Source: Pecten maximus
Taxonomy: Eukaryota
Length of the DNA: 64,000 bases
Direction of reading: 5' to 3'
NCBI RefSeq assembly: GCF_902652985.1
Contig: NC_047021.1
Location: 42,718,001-42,782,000, forward strand
Each line of letters opens with the position of its first letter. Position 1 is the first letter of the stretch. Below are positions 24,275 to 38,600 of the stretch, piece after piece. Position numbers and translations under genes: made by a program. Below the pieces are notes generated by a model. That model saw only the letters and a list, made by a program, of their open reading frames with translations. It was not told the DNA's origin and did no database searches.

Positions 24275-27129
24275 CTTCTTGCCTTTGTCCTCCTTATTGT
24301 CCACATAAAACTCAAAATGCAGTGTTGTGGCACTTGTAGGAAAGTTCTGAAATCAACAAACATATCCCATAATAGACTTTCAACTTTATCTGATAATAAA
24401 AATACATTTCTAATGAAAAATGTCCACTACGATGACCATTATTAGATAAAGCACCAGCAGGGCGAGAAAAATTTCAGATCTGATGGCTCATGGCCAGTTG
24501 GTTTGATTGGTGGAGAAAAAAATATTGGTCATTACTTGCAGGAAAGACAACTAGAATTTTCTTGCAGTTTTTTGCTTTTTCTTTTGAGAAATTGACGATG
24601 CTACTAATTTGGTTTAAATTTACTACTAATTTTCTCCTTTTGGCAAGTAGTTTTGAAACCAATCTTGCCCAAAGGGGCCAGTGATGCTGAAATTATATTC
24701 TTCCCCTGACAAGTGCATCAAAACAACATTCCATAATGCTGTGTAGTCCCCATAAACCTTTAAATCCTACAACCTTTATAAAGCGAGATTTCTTACTGGC
24801 AAAATACTTATCCAAAAGGGATGCATTGTACTTACGGAGATTGGGTCATTACTGCAGCACTCAGAAAGACCAAAACCATTGTCTTTACCGCCCCAACTCT
24901 GTCAGAAAACAAAAGTCATAATGTAAACGATATGATTTAAAATACAGCACAGTGCCAGAGCAACTTGACACTGGAGTTTCACACCAGTAAGGAATAGATG
25001 AACACAGCTAGTTCCTATTCTCAGTATTTTCTTCCAGTCAGAATGACATTATTTTGGATATGAAATATTCTTGCTTACCTCCGCTAAGTGTGTCAGTCTG
25101 ACAATCAGGCCTTGTTTCTTGTCACTGCTCAGGCGAGTTATGTGGTTAGATCTTTTGCTGCAGAAAAAAAAAAAAAATTCAAATGAACATGCAGGCCTAT
25201 TTTGTTGTTGTTGATGTTTTAGCAGATCTTCTTGAATTCTGACAGAGATTTGTGAATATTGCTCATCAATTTTTTTTCTTAATTCTGAGAGATGTGTGAA
25301 TGTTGCCTATCAAATCATCTTTGGAAATGTTGCTTATCAAATCTTCTTTGGAAATGTTGCTTATCAAATTTTCTTTGGAAATGTTTTTCTTAATTCTGAG
25401 AGATGTGGGAATGTTGCTCATCAAATCTTCTTACCTAAAAACATATAGAAGGTTGAGCACCGCCAGAACCACAGTCATATCAGATGAGGACAATAGACAT
25501 GTCAGATGTTCCATGGAGTTGTAAAGATGGCGAGAGAAACTGTGCTCGATCAGCAATGATGTGAAGTGTAGAATCACCAATAATAGGTCCTTCAACTGTA
25601 TCAAAGAAAACATTCAGGTCAGCAGCAAGCAACAAATGTACATCCTAATTAACTTTTCATTGTCTTTCTTAAGTGTAGAATAAAAAGGAAATTGTGAACA
25701 ACACAGAATCTCAAGTACCCAATATATACCTTCATATGCAGATCTCTTTTAATAATAACATTTAACATTAGTAACGAAATTTAGTAAATTTCCAAACCTG
25801 TTCCTCGCCGGATCTGTCACAGGACAACATCCATTTTTTCTCGCCTTCTTTTTTGCATGCCCTTTCCAGGACCTCGTCAAACTTATCCAAAACATCTGAC
25901 CAGTGGTATAACTCGCACTACATAAATGTAAAATGACAAACGTTATCTCCAAGGCTTCTGATCCAATGACTACAGATATGTAAAATAAATACATATACAA
26001 ACACTGCCTCCTTCAACCCCGAGCCCTTGCTAAAATATTACTGAATAAATGTAACCCAAGTCTCCCATTAATCAACAAAGATTGCATCCTTTTATCAGTA
26101 TGCTACTATCACTACAAAACACAAATGTATCAACATAAATCATGTGGATCAATCCTACTGAAAATCGATTGGTTTACACTAACCAATTTTTTCCGGTCAT
26201 CAATGCCGAAATTTTAACTGATTCTCATCACTAACAATATTTGAATCTGTTACCATCTACAATTTTCAATTGTCTAATATAATCCTTGAAATACTAATAC
26301 AACCCTACCTTTCCATAAGACCAGGCCTTTACTGCTCTCAGTTCCTCCAGAAGAGTCTCCTCTGTAGCGATCTTTAGCTTTTCAATGAGGGCCCGACAAT
26401 CTGCAGGCTTCAAAACACAAAGGGATTTTTCAAATTACTTTCCATGACAATTCATATTATTTTAGTAGTAGAAAAATACCACTGCATTCTAACTTCATCT
26501 CCAGGTTACTTTCAGACTTCCTTTTTAACTCTTTTTGGATTGGTTTAAGTTTATAACGTCCAATTAACAGCCAGGGTCATTTAAGGACGTGCCAGGTTTT
26601 GGAGGTGAAGGAAAGTTGGAGGACACGGAGATAAACCACCAGCCTACGGTCAATACCAGGCAACTGCCTCACATGAGTTTTGACCTCGCGACCCAGAGGT
26701 GGAGGGCTAGTGACAGGGATTTTCTTACAATTTTTCAACTGGGTCCAAAGTCCATTGAATTAGGAATTTCTATGTGACAAAATGTGACATTGGGAAAAAC
26801 AAAAATAGTGAAATTCATACAAATTTCAGTTTTTCTTTTATAACTATGGTCTTTATATTATTTTCGATTTCATTTTGTTATCTGTTCTTATTTTTTTAAA
26901 TTGCCTTAATATATGTTTTTTATATAAAACATACTGTATCATTCAAAAGCGACTTCAAAATTAGGAGTTTTTATTTTTCAGGGGCAAATTGGGAATTTTC
27001 ACAAGATTTTTTTAGGGGAATGGGTTTCAATATTCTAATTCTTGCATTTTGCCTGTAAAACAAAAATAATCAAACAGTACTTACCACCTCTGTAGTAGAC
27101 TTTTTCAATTTATTTCTGTCGATCTTCAT
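24275..27129 (-). CDS. HUWE1: E3 ubiquitin ligase HUWE1, N-terminal 213 aa (7 coding exons)
   Basis: ATG at 27129 ([10 protein letters not shown]). Exons 27085-27129, 26309-26407, 25798-25917 ([14 protein letters not shown]), 25435-25595 ([18 protein letters not shown]), 25079-25157, 24836-24898 ([11 protein letters not shown]), 24275-24346 (ATTLHFEFY). These match the conserved HUWE1 N-terminus. Confidence 0.95.
26540..26715 (-). mobile_element. tRNA-derived SINE, 5'-truncated copy
   Basis: Similar to 11124-11340 but lacks the A-box head. Confidence 0.8.
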
Positions 27130-28085
27130 TTTTGTGTTTCAAGTTGAAATTTTACTGAAAGAGTAACCAAACTTTATCAGGCATTTTCATCATCTTTTAA
27201 TGCATTTTCTCTCTCTTCAAATTGCAGGGATTGATCTAGACCAATCTTTTCATCACTATAAGCTACTAAACACCAATGGCTGTTTCCCTTTACTATAAAT
27301 AGTTTTATCATACATATATGTATATTGCCCATCAGGAGATCAGAGCATCTCAAATACTGGAGATACCTTTTCCCTGAGAAACGAAAAGAGAGTTCACTTT
27401 ATTGCTGGTTTTGTGATGATTTTGTATTGAAGTATATATTTTCTTGTTCAAAATTTGTTGACAAAAAGTTGCTTTTCCTCAAATTTGAACGGGCTATATT
27501 AAACCATGTATACATTCAAAAAGTAATTTCTACCAATCAATGACCTTTCTAAATTTTTATTAATTAATTCTTAATGAATTAGTGAAAGCAGACTGATAAT
27601 GTTGAGATCAGCTACTTTCCTACCTCTTTCCAGACTTCCTGGCAGTGGCACTCATAAAGCCGCTTTCTTTTCAAAATTCCCTGTTTTAAAAATGGGCAAT
27701 ATTCCCAGATGCTAGATTAACCCCAGCCAAAATACCATGTACAGGTATATTCCAACTATCTGACCTACACTGATAAAGTATTGATCAGAAAGAGCATTTA
27801 AATGAAAAGTGGAACTGATTGGAGTAGAAGAACTATTCACTATTTAGTAATAAAAAGTTTCCAATATCAGTGAAAAGTGCAAGGTAATATATGCAATATG
27901 AAACAATATCTTAGAATATGCAACTATTTCAAAAGACATATTTGTGGTTGTTTACCTGTTATTTGTAACAGGCTGGTATCCACTTATTGTACATTATATC
28001 ATATTGCATTGTACTAGTCAGCTGATCATCATATTCATAACATTGTATTCATAGAATATATATTGTCATATATAAATATAGGTTT

Positions 28086-28858
28086 CAGTGATTTTTCAGC
28101 CTATATAAATATGATCGGGTACCGATCCCATTCCCAATGAGATTTCATTAAAAAAAATCCCAATTGTCCCGCCGAAATTCCCAAATAATTACCGATTTCA
28201 ATTCCGGATATTTTGACCCGGTCGCTGTTTTTGCCATTAGTATACAAGTAATGTGCAAACGCTTGGGTGATCACGAATCGCCATAAAATGGCGGCCTCAC
28301 ATAATGGCAAGTACTACGCAAAGAAAATACGATTATCCGACAGCAAGGGTTCCAAAACCCTGACTGAACTATTTAAACCCAAAAACACCAACACAGACGG
28401 CATTATCAGAACCCATAGTACATGCCAGTCCACTTCCGATTGTCGGGACAAAGCCTGCTACGTCGGTATCTCCGCCACCTTCAGTCGCCGAGCCGGACAC
28501 CGACTGTCAAGTCAAGATAGGTCTACTTAAAGGAAAACCAAAATCAGATCGACGCCTTTTGATGAGAATTAATTTTGAGGGACCAGAACACTTGTCCGCA
28601 GAGGACCTCGGATCTCTGATCCTCTTGTTCAAAAACAAAAAAGACAGACAAATACCCTTGTGAACACTGTCACAACAAAATAGAAAAAAATAAAACCAAA
28701 GTGATCTCCATTTAATTGTTTGTTTATTGTTTTAATGTATATAATAATTTATTTGTAATTCAAATTTACAATTTTCCCCAAAAATATCATTTTCCGCGTT
28801 AGATTTTCCCAATTTCCAGGAAAGTTCTTTTTTCCCAAAATAGGCTGAAAAATCACTG
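28086..28858 (+). mobile_element. Non-autonomous DNA transposon with 19-bp TIRs and a 5-bp TSD (hAT5-like)
   Basis: CAGTGATTTTTCAGCCTAT...ATAGGCTGAAAAATCACTG flanked by GGTTT on both sides; short internal ORF remnant at 28288-28530. Confidence 0.8.
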
Positions 28859-30599
28859 GGTTTCTTTAGATAAATAACTCTTTCATGTCCCAAATTTTTT
28901 AAAGTAGGTAAAAAGTAGTAAGAACCTCTATAAATGTCTATCTGTTAATCTAATCATGGGCATCACCATCTTGGATAGCGTGTGCTAAGACGTCACTGTG
29001 CATAGGTAGTAATATTCCAAACGCTATGCCGTAATAGGGCACTTGACTCCCAGATTTGGACGAAGCAGCTGTTTTTAAGTATCACCATCAAAATAAGGAT
29101 TATTTGTATATGAGAAAATTATTGTGATAAATTATTAAACACTTTTATACTAATATTTGACACAAGTTGTGATTATTTATTTTTATATTGAATAATATCT
29201 TAAAAATATCTATTCTTGAAACTTAGAGATTTTGTGTAGTTTGACAATGAAATATGCATTAAGGTTAATTCGCTACCAGCCTGTTTTCTTTATTAAATTA
29301 TTATGTATACTTGAATACAACTTCTGAAACTAAATTTGCTGCCGTTGGTGGTTATTTCACACTGTACATAACTTTACTTTATTATGAAATTTATCCGGAA
29401 CATTACCATTCCTGCATGGGCTAATGCAAAAGTTAAGTTTTATTTCCTATGACGGAAAAGTTTCATATGTTTCAAAATCTTGGAATGTATTAAAAACCTG
29501 TGTAAAAGTTCCTATTTAACAAGATTGTAGTAAATTGCCTTAGATCTTATTCTCAATACACAAATGAACAGTTTCTAGTGATACACAAGAGAGCAGGTTG
29601 GGAGCCAATTGTGCCCACATACCACCCTTACCAGTAGATGAAGTTGAAGATCAAGATATGATTTCAACAGCAATTAATCTCAGACTTAACATCAGTGAGT
29701 TATTGATGGGTCACAACAACCCAATGCCGACTACTTACGATTCATATCAGAAAATAAAATGTTTAGATATGAATGGATTTATTAGATTCTTTTCACCCTT
29801 ATGGAGTCCAAAGTAGATGGGAAATTAAATTGGACTGTCAGCTAGATGTTTCAGCAAAACAATTTTCATATATAATTAACAAGGAAGGGATATTTAAACC
29901 TCCTTTAGTCCTGGTTTCTAGAATGTTCTGCAGTCTATGATCGTGCATCTCAAATGTGAAACGGATTTGGTCGACTTGAGAAATATATATAGGCTACCTT
30001 TTAAAATCAATAATTTGACCATCCCTGTAATGCGTTCTAAATAAACGTCGAGTTCAACAAATGCTACGTAAGGGTCTATTTATATCTTTGTCATGCGTTT
30101 CTTATCCCCGCTTAAAATCGTTACAGATATCACATTTTATATTATCTTGCTTTACTTATAACTATGATTCATATTTATAACATATTAATCTTGTTTTTTG
30201 TTTTGATTTTGGAATAATCGGTTGGACCATGGACATGCACGTGGTGGTCGATTGATGCGGTTACTTATCGATAATGTATGCAGGTTTTGAAAGTGGTTTA
30301 TTGCATTTCGTGGCATGTTTTGAAGTAAAACACCGATACGCATTATTTGCGTTACATTTAAACACTGAAACTGACACAATATATTGTTCCAGACATAATC
30401 ACAACGAATATAAACGGTCAGGTCAGCAAAATTGTAACCTGCCCAACGATAAAATGGCGGAAAAAACGTCGCATTCACAATACACAATTTCAAAAGCATT
30501 TACCACTGTATCAGCTGAAAATATTTAAACTTGCCGTCTTCTCCAACTCCATTTCTAGCGATACATTTTATTCTAACAAGTTCTTGCAAACATTTTTTT

Positions 30600-30730
30600 C
30601 ATATTTGCAAATCATTCTTTAACCTGCAGACGGCTGCCATGTTGAAGATGCTCGCATGCCCGGATGATAGCCTCGAACCGATGAGCGCATGGCTAAAATA
30701 ACGCAAATGGTTCACGGCGCCAAAAGAGTA
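30600..30730 (-). promoter_or_regulatory. Putative HUWE1 promoter and non-coding first exon
   Basis: Local CpG-rich patch. On the minus strand there is a YY1-like AACATGGC motif followed by a CAG|GTTAAA donor (~30623) and GCGCATG/GCATGCG (NRF1-like) motifs. The ATG exon has its own upstream acceptor at 27155-27156, so a 5' UTR exon is required. Confidence 0.45.
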
Positions 30731-31689
30731 AGGTTGAATTATTTAGGATCACACATTTTAAATTTCGGTATCTAATGCTTTGCATGTTAAAAACCCAATT
30801 TTACAGAGTTTACAGTAGAGCATCTACTTGCAGACTTACTGAAATAATATACTGTTACACCCGTTATGTAGGCCTATAACGATCCATTTCAATAGAACTT
30901 GGAAATGCATGTGACTGATATATACTTCCTACAAGATCCCGACTATTATGTTGGAATCCATTCATAAAGTTTTATCTATTACTATGCGAGTCAGTATTGA
31001 GAAAATTCCTGGACGACAACTTTATCTTGTTGTAATCAAATAAGATGATAGCAGCTGTTAAATACAAAATATATTTTGGATCCGCAACTATCCAGCAAAA
31101 TTAATAAATTTAATAATTCTAATTAATTGGTTACAAATTTCAAAATTGACACTGTCTGATTATCATTCTAATAGAAATTAAGTCGATAAATCGACACTGA
31201 AATATGATACACACACATATATATATTAGGCCTATGTACATACTGAGCTTAATAATCAGACGATTGAAAGTTACGGTATGAAGAACAGACGTCGAATGAT
31301 AAGATTTCTCGACTTTAATAAACATATTTAGGAAAATGGTTTACAAGCATGGGCTCATGTATTTAGCCTACATGGCAGCTATACATGCCATCACTGTCAG
31401 GAATGAAATCATTCTATTATATTGAATGGCTATCATTTTGAACAAACTTCCGGGGAAAATTCGCAAAGACAACAGTGTCTGTTGCATGAAACAAATATTT
31501 TGGAAACGGGGAATCATGTCGACTGAGCTGAAAACATTCCCAGTACAGTACGTAGCCTTCCTTGTCCGCGCGAAAATAGATCAACAAAACAATTCCACTA
31601 TAGAAACTCTAAGGGTATCTCGTCGACCATAACAGTCAGACCGTGCGTGATAAATAAACTCGTAGGGTTGTAGACCACGATGCGCGCAT

Positions 31690-33848
31690 GTCAATCACAT
31701 ACAAACGGCAATTACAGGAAATGTCATTAACGGCATCATACATACAATTTAAGTTGATGTGCAGCTTGTGCAAACTCACAGTGCCAACTTGTTACATTTA
31801 CCCAGAGGAAGATACAATTTATAAAAACGCGAAGGTCTCGAATGGAAAAGTTAACTCACCCGTTTGTTCGGATCACGCTTGTGCTGAAACCAACATACGT
31901 TTGACGATGGCAATTATCACGGAATCATTAGCGCTGAGTTACGATTAAGGCTACATAAACAAGATTCCATGAATCTTACGGGCTTTTGTGAAAGCTGTTG
32001 ACGGAGATGACGCTTTGATAGAGGTGTTGATTGTCCCAGAAATCGCCGTACCGATACAAACATACATGTAAAGCCGTGATTTCGCAAACATTACGTATTT
32101 GTCGGGTCTGACTGAACTTGCACATCCTTTCTCATTTGACGATTCGGTTGGAGTTTATCTACCCGTCGGTGCGGTTTACTACTGGGAAAAGTTCCGGATA
32201 AGACTGTCGGAGGAAATGGCCCTACTGCTACCCAGTCAAAGGTTGGTCACATTTTGTCGGGGCCAGTTATATGGACAAACGAACAAAACGTCGAACATTT
32301 CAATGAAGAATACCATGGTATCACACAAAAGAGGAATGTGAGATATAGAAAAAATGGAAAGTGGAAGCGGTAGGAGGACATAAAGAGCGGGAAAGATCAT
32401 GGCGAAGTTTTTAGAGTTTTCAATCGAACAAAGGGAAAACATATATTACACAAAGCTTCCACGGCATGAGAAGCACATACCTTTACCAACCAACAGAAAT
32501 ACTGTCTTAAGTCGTATAGAAAATGTTGTAACACGCTATGCAAAGGAACAGTCCATACTGCAAATATATGGTGATATCATTAATGAACAGGAGCGACGTG
32601 GATCCATAGTGAGGGTGGATGAAACGATGGAAACAAAAAAAAAACATAATTCATTAGCCTACATTCCTCACCAACCACATAGAATAGAATTCGTCTACTA
32701 TTCCGCGATCATAATCGTGTTTGACTGCAGTTGTCGTTGTCGGACGAATTCGGCAACACCAAGTTTGAAATTGAAATGGCTGTTTGATGAGTGTGTCGCC
32801 ACAACTTCACGATTTAACCGTCATTCTTCTGTGTTTCCGGGGAAATAAATATGGCTACGTCAGCAGATATAGAGAAGGACGAAGGGAATCGCGAATTGAC
32901 GAGATTCTTTTGGTGAAAAGATGGCTCAGATCCAGGATATAGTTTCAACACTTACATGTTCAAATCAGTCTGATATTATTTCTTGTCAACAAACAGAGCT
33001 TGTCGTAGCTAAGGACAGATGTGCACACTTTTAAAAATTAACCATTGCTAAACTAGAACTAGAACAGTTGTATGACCAAAACTCAATTCAGTTCAATAGT
33101 TGTCATCAACATTGCAATTAGTCAAATAGTGCTGAGCAAAGCAAAGCATTGTCTTCTTTCGTAGGGCACAGAGCTGATGACATCAAAAGATTGGTGCCGA
33201 ATGCTCAGTGGAGATATCGTCCGACAGATTATAACCTAACAGACTTTCTTTCGAGAGGAATGTCAGTGAAGAATTTTTAATCAAACCACTTACGGTTTAA
33301 AGGACAGGCCTGGACGACACAGGACACGGAATAGCAACAGTGGATAGACCAACCAGAGATCAAAATACAAGTTATTGTCTCAACGTCATTCAAATCAAAG
33401 ATAATCAGGAGTTCCCAATGTTATGGATATGTCATACAAGAAATTACTCGGAGCCACAACATTTGTATTTCGGTTCATCAAGCAATCCACCCCCACTTGA
33501 CATGGTCCAATAGAAGTGAACACAAACACGCATTTGAAAAAAAACTATCATGATGAAATTACGTAAATAAAGAATGGGAAACAAAATCAAATATAGACGA
33601 ACAAGATATCATTCTTTGTGACGGAAGAATACATAAAGCTGCTGTGTGAAGCCACAAAATGTACTACACTTCGAAGGATGAGCTGAGAAGATTATGATTG
33701 ACGCGCACGTGAATCAATCATCCACTCAGGAATCGGTAGCACAGTTACACTACTGCGTCAAATATTTTAGATATCATTGAACCGATAGAGACTAAAATAT
33801 ATACTTGTTTGATTTCAAACCCCAGAATACCATCATTACCCAAGGATA
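31690..33848 (+). pseudogene. Decayed BEL/Pao LTR retrotransposon pol (RT, RNase H, start of integrase), left part
   Basis: ORF 32399-32848 (IINEQERRG...YIPHQP...IVFDCS...PSL), then ADIEK at ~32863 and WRYRPTDYNLTDFLSRG at ~33209, resembling Pao WxHxPTxDNPADxxSRG. Many stops and frameshifts; boundaries approximate. Confidence 0.7.
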
Positions 33849-33896
33849 ATTTGTTTGTTTTTGTTTAACGTCCTATTAACAGACAGGGTCATTTAA
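33849..33896 (-). mobile_element. tRNA-derived SINE, 3' tail (split by the transposon insertion)
   Basis: TTTGTTTAACGTCCTATTAACAGACAGGGTCATTTAA matches the SINE tail at 11132-11168; the SINE continues at 43347. Confidence 0.85.
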
Positions 33897-35619
33897 GGGG
33901 GTTGGAGCTAGTGAGGCTAAAAAATTCCTGACATTCAATTTTTCTGAAATTTTGGTTATTTGCTCAGGAGATAATTATGTATCACTTCCTAAATGAAGAA
34001 AAACTTTGTGTGGTTGAAATTTTTTTTAGACCCCCCTTTAGACCCCCTATAATTATACACCTCTGGTCCTCTTTGTGGACAAAACCCAAATGCACCTAAT
34101 GCATTTAAAATGGCAACAAGTTCAATGTTTTTACTTTTGAATATAAAATAAATGCTTCTGTATCTTGATTAACCTCTAGTGAATGTATATATCACATTTT
34201 ATTATGTATTGGATGCTTATTATAAAAATAATAGCATGTGAAGCCGCAAATTTCGTTATCATGATTCTATTTTATATGGTCATTTTTATGATTAGTTTCT
34301 TATTTCAAAATTTTTTGTAAAATAATTGTGTCATTTAATTTTCTCAAAAAACTAACAGGATATGTCATCAATATTACTGCATAGCCATGATTTTTTACGG
34401 AAACTTTCTATGGTCAGTTTTTGAAATATGTGACATTTTCTTACCCCACCCCCCTAAATACTTCACTCCAATTTTGGTACATCTCTCTATTCTATGACGT
34501 CATATACTGGAAACATCAGTACACAGGGATTATTTTGGTTTATCAAATTGATGGGCCATTAAATTTAGCTGATTTTCAATTAAACTAATAACATGTGTGG
34601 GTCATTACATAAGAAAATTTAAAGATTTTTCCTAATCATGTGGGCTATTCAGTAAATTTGATGGCCAATGGCCCCATATGGCCCCCTCCAAAATGAACCC
34701 CGAGTACCTAATTTAAAGTTTCAGTATATATTACTAAATGCACACATTACCAAAATATAGGGTATTGGGTGTTATGAAAAAAGCCAACAACATCATTTAA
34801 ATATAATTCAGTTATTTAATGAATAAACTTAAAATAGCATCAATAATTGAGATTACTGGTTTAGATCATTCACAAATGTAAGTTATATTGTCTTCACGAA
34901 ATTGTAATTTTATTGACATGTACATCAGCATATGATTTCATTCGATATGAAGCCAAATTTTGTTTAGAAGCAACAGAAGTTGCAACATCTCTAGTCACAT
35001 TCTACAATTGTTATTCTTTATACAATGAGAGTTCAAAGTCAAATAATAAAACCAAATTAAAAAAAACTCCCTTCACCATTTTTCTCCCATTATGATTGAA
35101 ATACTTGTGTCATTATTAATTATTGTATAGATAATGACATTCGTATTCTAATCAGACTGAAATTTCTCCGGCTTAGGACGGACACAACCATTATATAAAC
35201 TTTCAGTTCAAGTTTGGCTATAACTAATATGCAGCATGTAGCTGTCTTGCAATTGGTTGGGCTGGTTTAAAGTTTTTTTTAATATTTTTTCATTATTTTT
35301 TTTTTATAAAATTGAAAACAAGTATGAACACAAATGTAGTGATAACAAAAGATAAATTATCGCATACAGATCATGTAAAATAAACGTTATGAGAAACACT
35401 GAATACAGCAACTGTTAATAATGGACACACAAAATTAAAATTGAGAGCAATAGCTATGAGCACAGGATCTGTCTCCTGAAACTAAACCTCTCAATAAATA
35501 AATCATCAGCAGTTTCATCATGATCTATCTCATGAATCTAAAGATAACTTACATCTTGCTTATCCAATTTTAAACAAATACAAATATTTACACAACCAAG
35601 TGATTTTTCATCTGATACA

Positions 35620-38600
35620 TCACTCTTCTTTCTGAATACATTTGACAATGTTGGAAATGAAACATTTCTGTATTTTATTTTCACATAAAATTACTTTCAC
35701 TCCAGAGATAGCATTCCTGCTGTATGCCAGTTTCAAGTGATTGAAATGGATACCATTTTTGGACAATTTCTCAGCTGATAATTTGTTCATGGCTTTCTTG
35801 CTTACCAAGGTGTCATAAGACTTTTTACAAGATAAAAAGTTCATACTGAACACATCGTCAACTGACCACTTTGCACTCATTTTTAAGTTAAACAAGTCTT
35901 GGAGGGCTTTCACATCAAAAACTGCATTGTGTGCCTCATACGACATCCCAAGGAACTTCCTTACCAACGATTCTTGGCTGTGAGATCCAACCTCCTTCTT
36001 GGGAAACAAGCGTCTTGCTAACCTAAGAGTGTCCATATATCCTTTTACAACATTGGCAAATGACGAGCATAACTGGAACTCTCTCAATCTGTTTGTAAGG
36101 ATAGGTATATCAAACGATGCTGCATTATGACCAACAAGAATAGGATTGGGGAGAGTTTTCAAAAAATCTAAGAAATCCAACAAAGCTGAATGGATGGAGG
36201 TCACATTTTCAATCTCCTTTCCCCTGAGGTACATCTTACTTAATGACCTTGAATAGGTCAGTCCTGTAACTTCTGATGCTTTGATTGCTATGTCACACCT
36301 TGGCAGGACATATCTATGAAAAATATTGTCACCATTAACAACAGCAGCAATTTGAGTAATGTCACTTTGACGTGAAGCAGAAGTTGTTTCCAAATCAAAG
36401 AAAACCAAAGATTTGGATTCATCCAAGGACAATACTGATGGTATAGTTTGTACATCTGGATCACTACTGTTGTTAATGGTTAGATCAATATCAGTTTCAT
36501 AGGTAGTACCTTCCTTTACATATGATGACTGTTCTTTCAACCTTTTTTTCCGTTTCAACTCAACCCTTCTTAATTTGTATTCTCTGGTCTTTTCCTTTTC
36601 TTTACGGGCTGACCGAGCATTGTCCAATTTTGTTGTCAGTTTGACGGTGAACTCGCCAGGGGAAAGAAGGGCCGATTCATTTACCTGTGACAAAATATTA
36701 TTATTTATTACATATGCATATACAAGGAGACAATTCAGCGAATTACAAAACATATGTGACAAGTAGTGTAAGAGATAGAACCGGCTGACAAGTTAAAGTG
36801 TGGAAGGACAAGGTGATCCCATGCTGCAAGTATGAAGTTCCAGTGACAAGTAGTGTAGAAAATGGAACGAAGACAAATTTGTTCTTTGATGTAGATAAAG
36901 CTCAAAATGTAGGTCAGAGTAACCTAATTTTATACATAACAATACCTCACCAAAGTGATCCATGTCCCAAATATATGTTATGTGGCTAAAACCAATTAAG
37001 CATCGATATATTACCTGTTATACTTAGAAATTGCCAGGTTATAGACAATAATTCCACGGGGAATAGAAATATTATGTTAAATCAATGAATTTGTTGTAAG
37101 CATGTTCGTTATAACGTATTTTATTGTATATGAGTAAACTTTATAGCACTGGATAGAGCTAGAAGAAGTTGTTAAAAAGGAAAAACTAGACAGATGAAGG
37201 ACGCTGCATCAACACCATAAGCTCACAGACACTTTGTGTCAGGTGAGCTAATAATGTGTATGCATAATTAACAGGAAACAAATTCCAATTGTGAAGATGT
37301 ACATTAAAATTAGCATTGGTATGAGACCATGAGAAGTCTGACATAGGGAATTGAATTATACAGGAAATTGTATTACAACATTTTAAGATCTATATTAAAA
37401 CTTTCGAATGTATGTTGACATGACTTTACTGCAATTGAAAAATAAACTTTACCTTAGGTAAATAATTATGACCTTCATTCTTTTGAAGAACAGATGCAGA
37501 TACCCTATTCATTAATGAATCTGAGCTGCCATAGAATCTGAAAACACAAAATATAAAGCCAGTTGTACACATGAACACAGAACATCAGAAAACTTTGCAA
37601 GATTTCATAGCTTTATAGCTAAGTAGGTCAAGGTCATTTATTTGAGGAAACTTTATAGCACTCCTTCTCAGGCACCCTGGGCCTAATGAAACACGATTCT
37701 TAAAACTTTTACCCATGATAATTCATGTTAACCTTTGACCCTGTCCAGGGCATAAAGCTGACCTTTGAACTAAACACAATATATAAGAAAGGTCAAGGTA
37801 ATTTATATGAGGAAACTTTGTAGCACTCCTTTGCAGGTACCTAAGTACTGGCCAAATATCAGGTTACTGGGTATTACAGTTTTCTAGTGGCCAAATAGCA
37901 GGACCCTGATTATTACAGTTTCTAGAGGAAGTCATTTGAAGGGCAAAAGTGGACAGACTAGCTGATGGACGATGGATGCCGCGTTACGGCATAAGCTCAC
38001 TGGTCATTCGGACCAGGTTAATGATATTAAAGAAATTAGTTTCTTACAACTACTGCAACTCTTACTTGGCTTTCGGTGTTTTTGTGGAAACAAGGCTGTT
38101 AAAACTTTCATTTGCTTGTGTGGAGCCCAAATTCAGGAGGTTTCCAGACCGGCATGAATATTTGGCAACTAGTTCCTCCAGGCGTGTCCTCAGTGTGGGA
38201 TCTTGTAAGGCAGTGCCATTGGGAAGACTTTTGTACCTACATATTCAAATTATATTATTTATATAAATCAATGAATTTTTCTTTTGCATAATTTATAAGT
38301 ATATGCATTGTGTTCAAGTAATATTTAATGGACAAGTTTGTTAAATTCATATGAAACAAGCCTTTGTTGTTTTCAGAATGATTTACATTCAATGATACAA
38401 TATAACTGATGTAGACTTGCAATGTCTGAGGATCAATTATATCCTAATCACTTAGCTTACCCGTTTTCCCATGTAATATATGCCCATGTCATAAATAATA
38501 AATAATTATTGTATTACATATATTATCTAAAATAGTACTATTGTGAGGTCATTAATAAATGACGTCACCCGTCTTGCAGAGAAAAACATTGAGGTTTTTG

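Noticed and set aside
1574-27084. let-7/mir-98 hairpins, as found in mammalian HUWE1 introns
   Set aside because: No let-7 mature sequence seen on either strand by eye.
27177-27258. Possible C/D snoRNA with C, C' and D boxes
   Set aside because: The D box is ~20 nt from the acceptor, the stem is weak and no rRNA complement was recognised.
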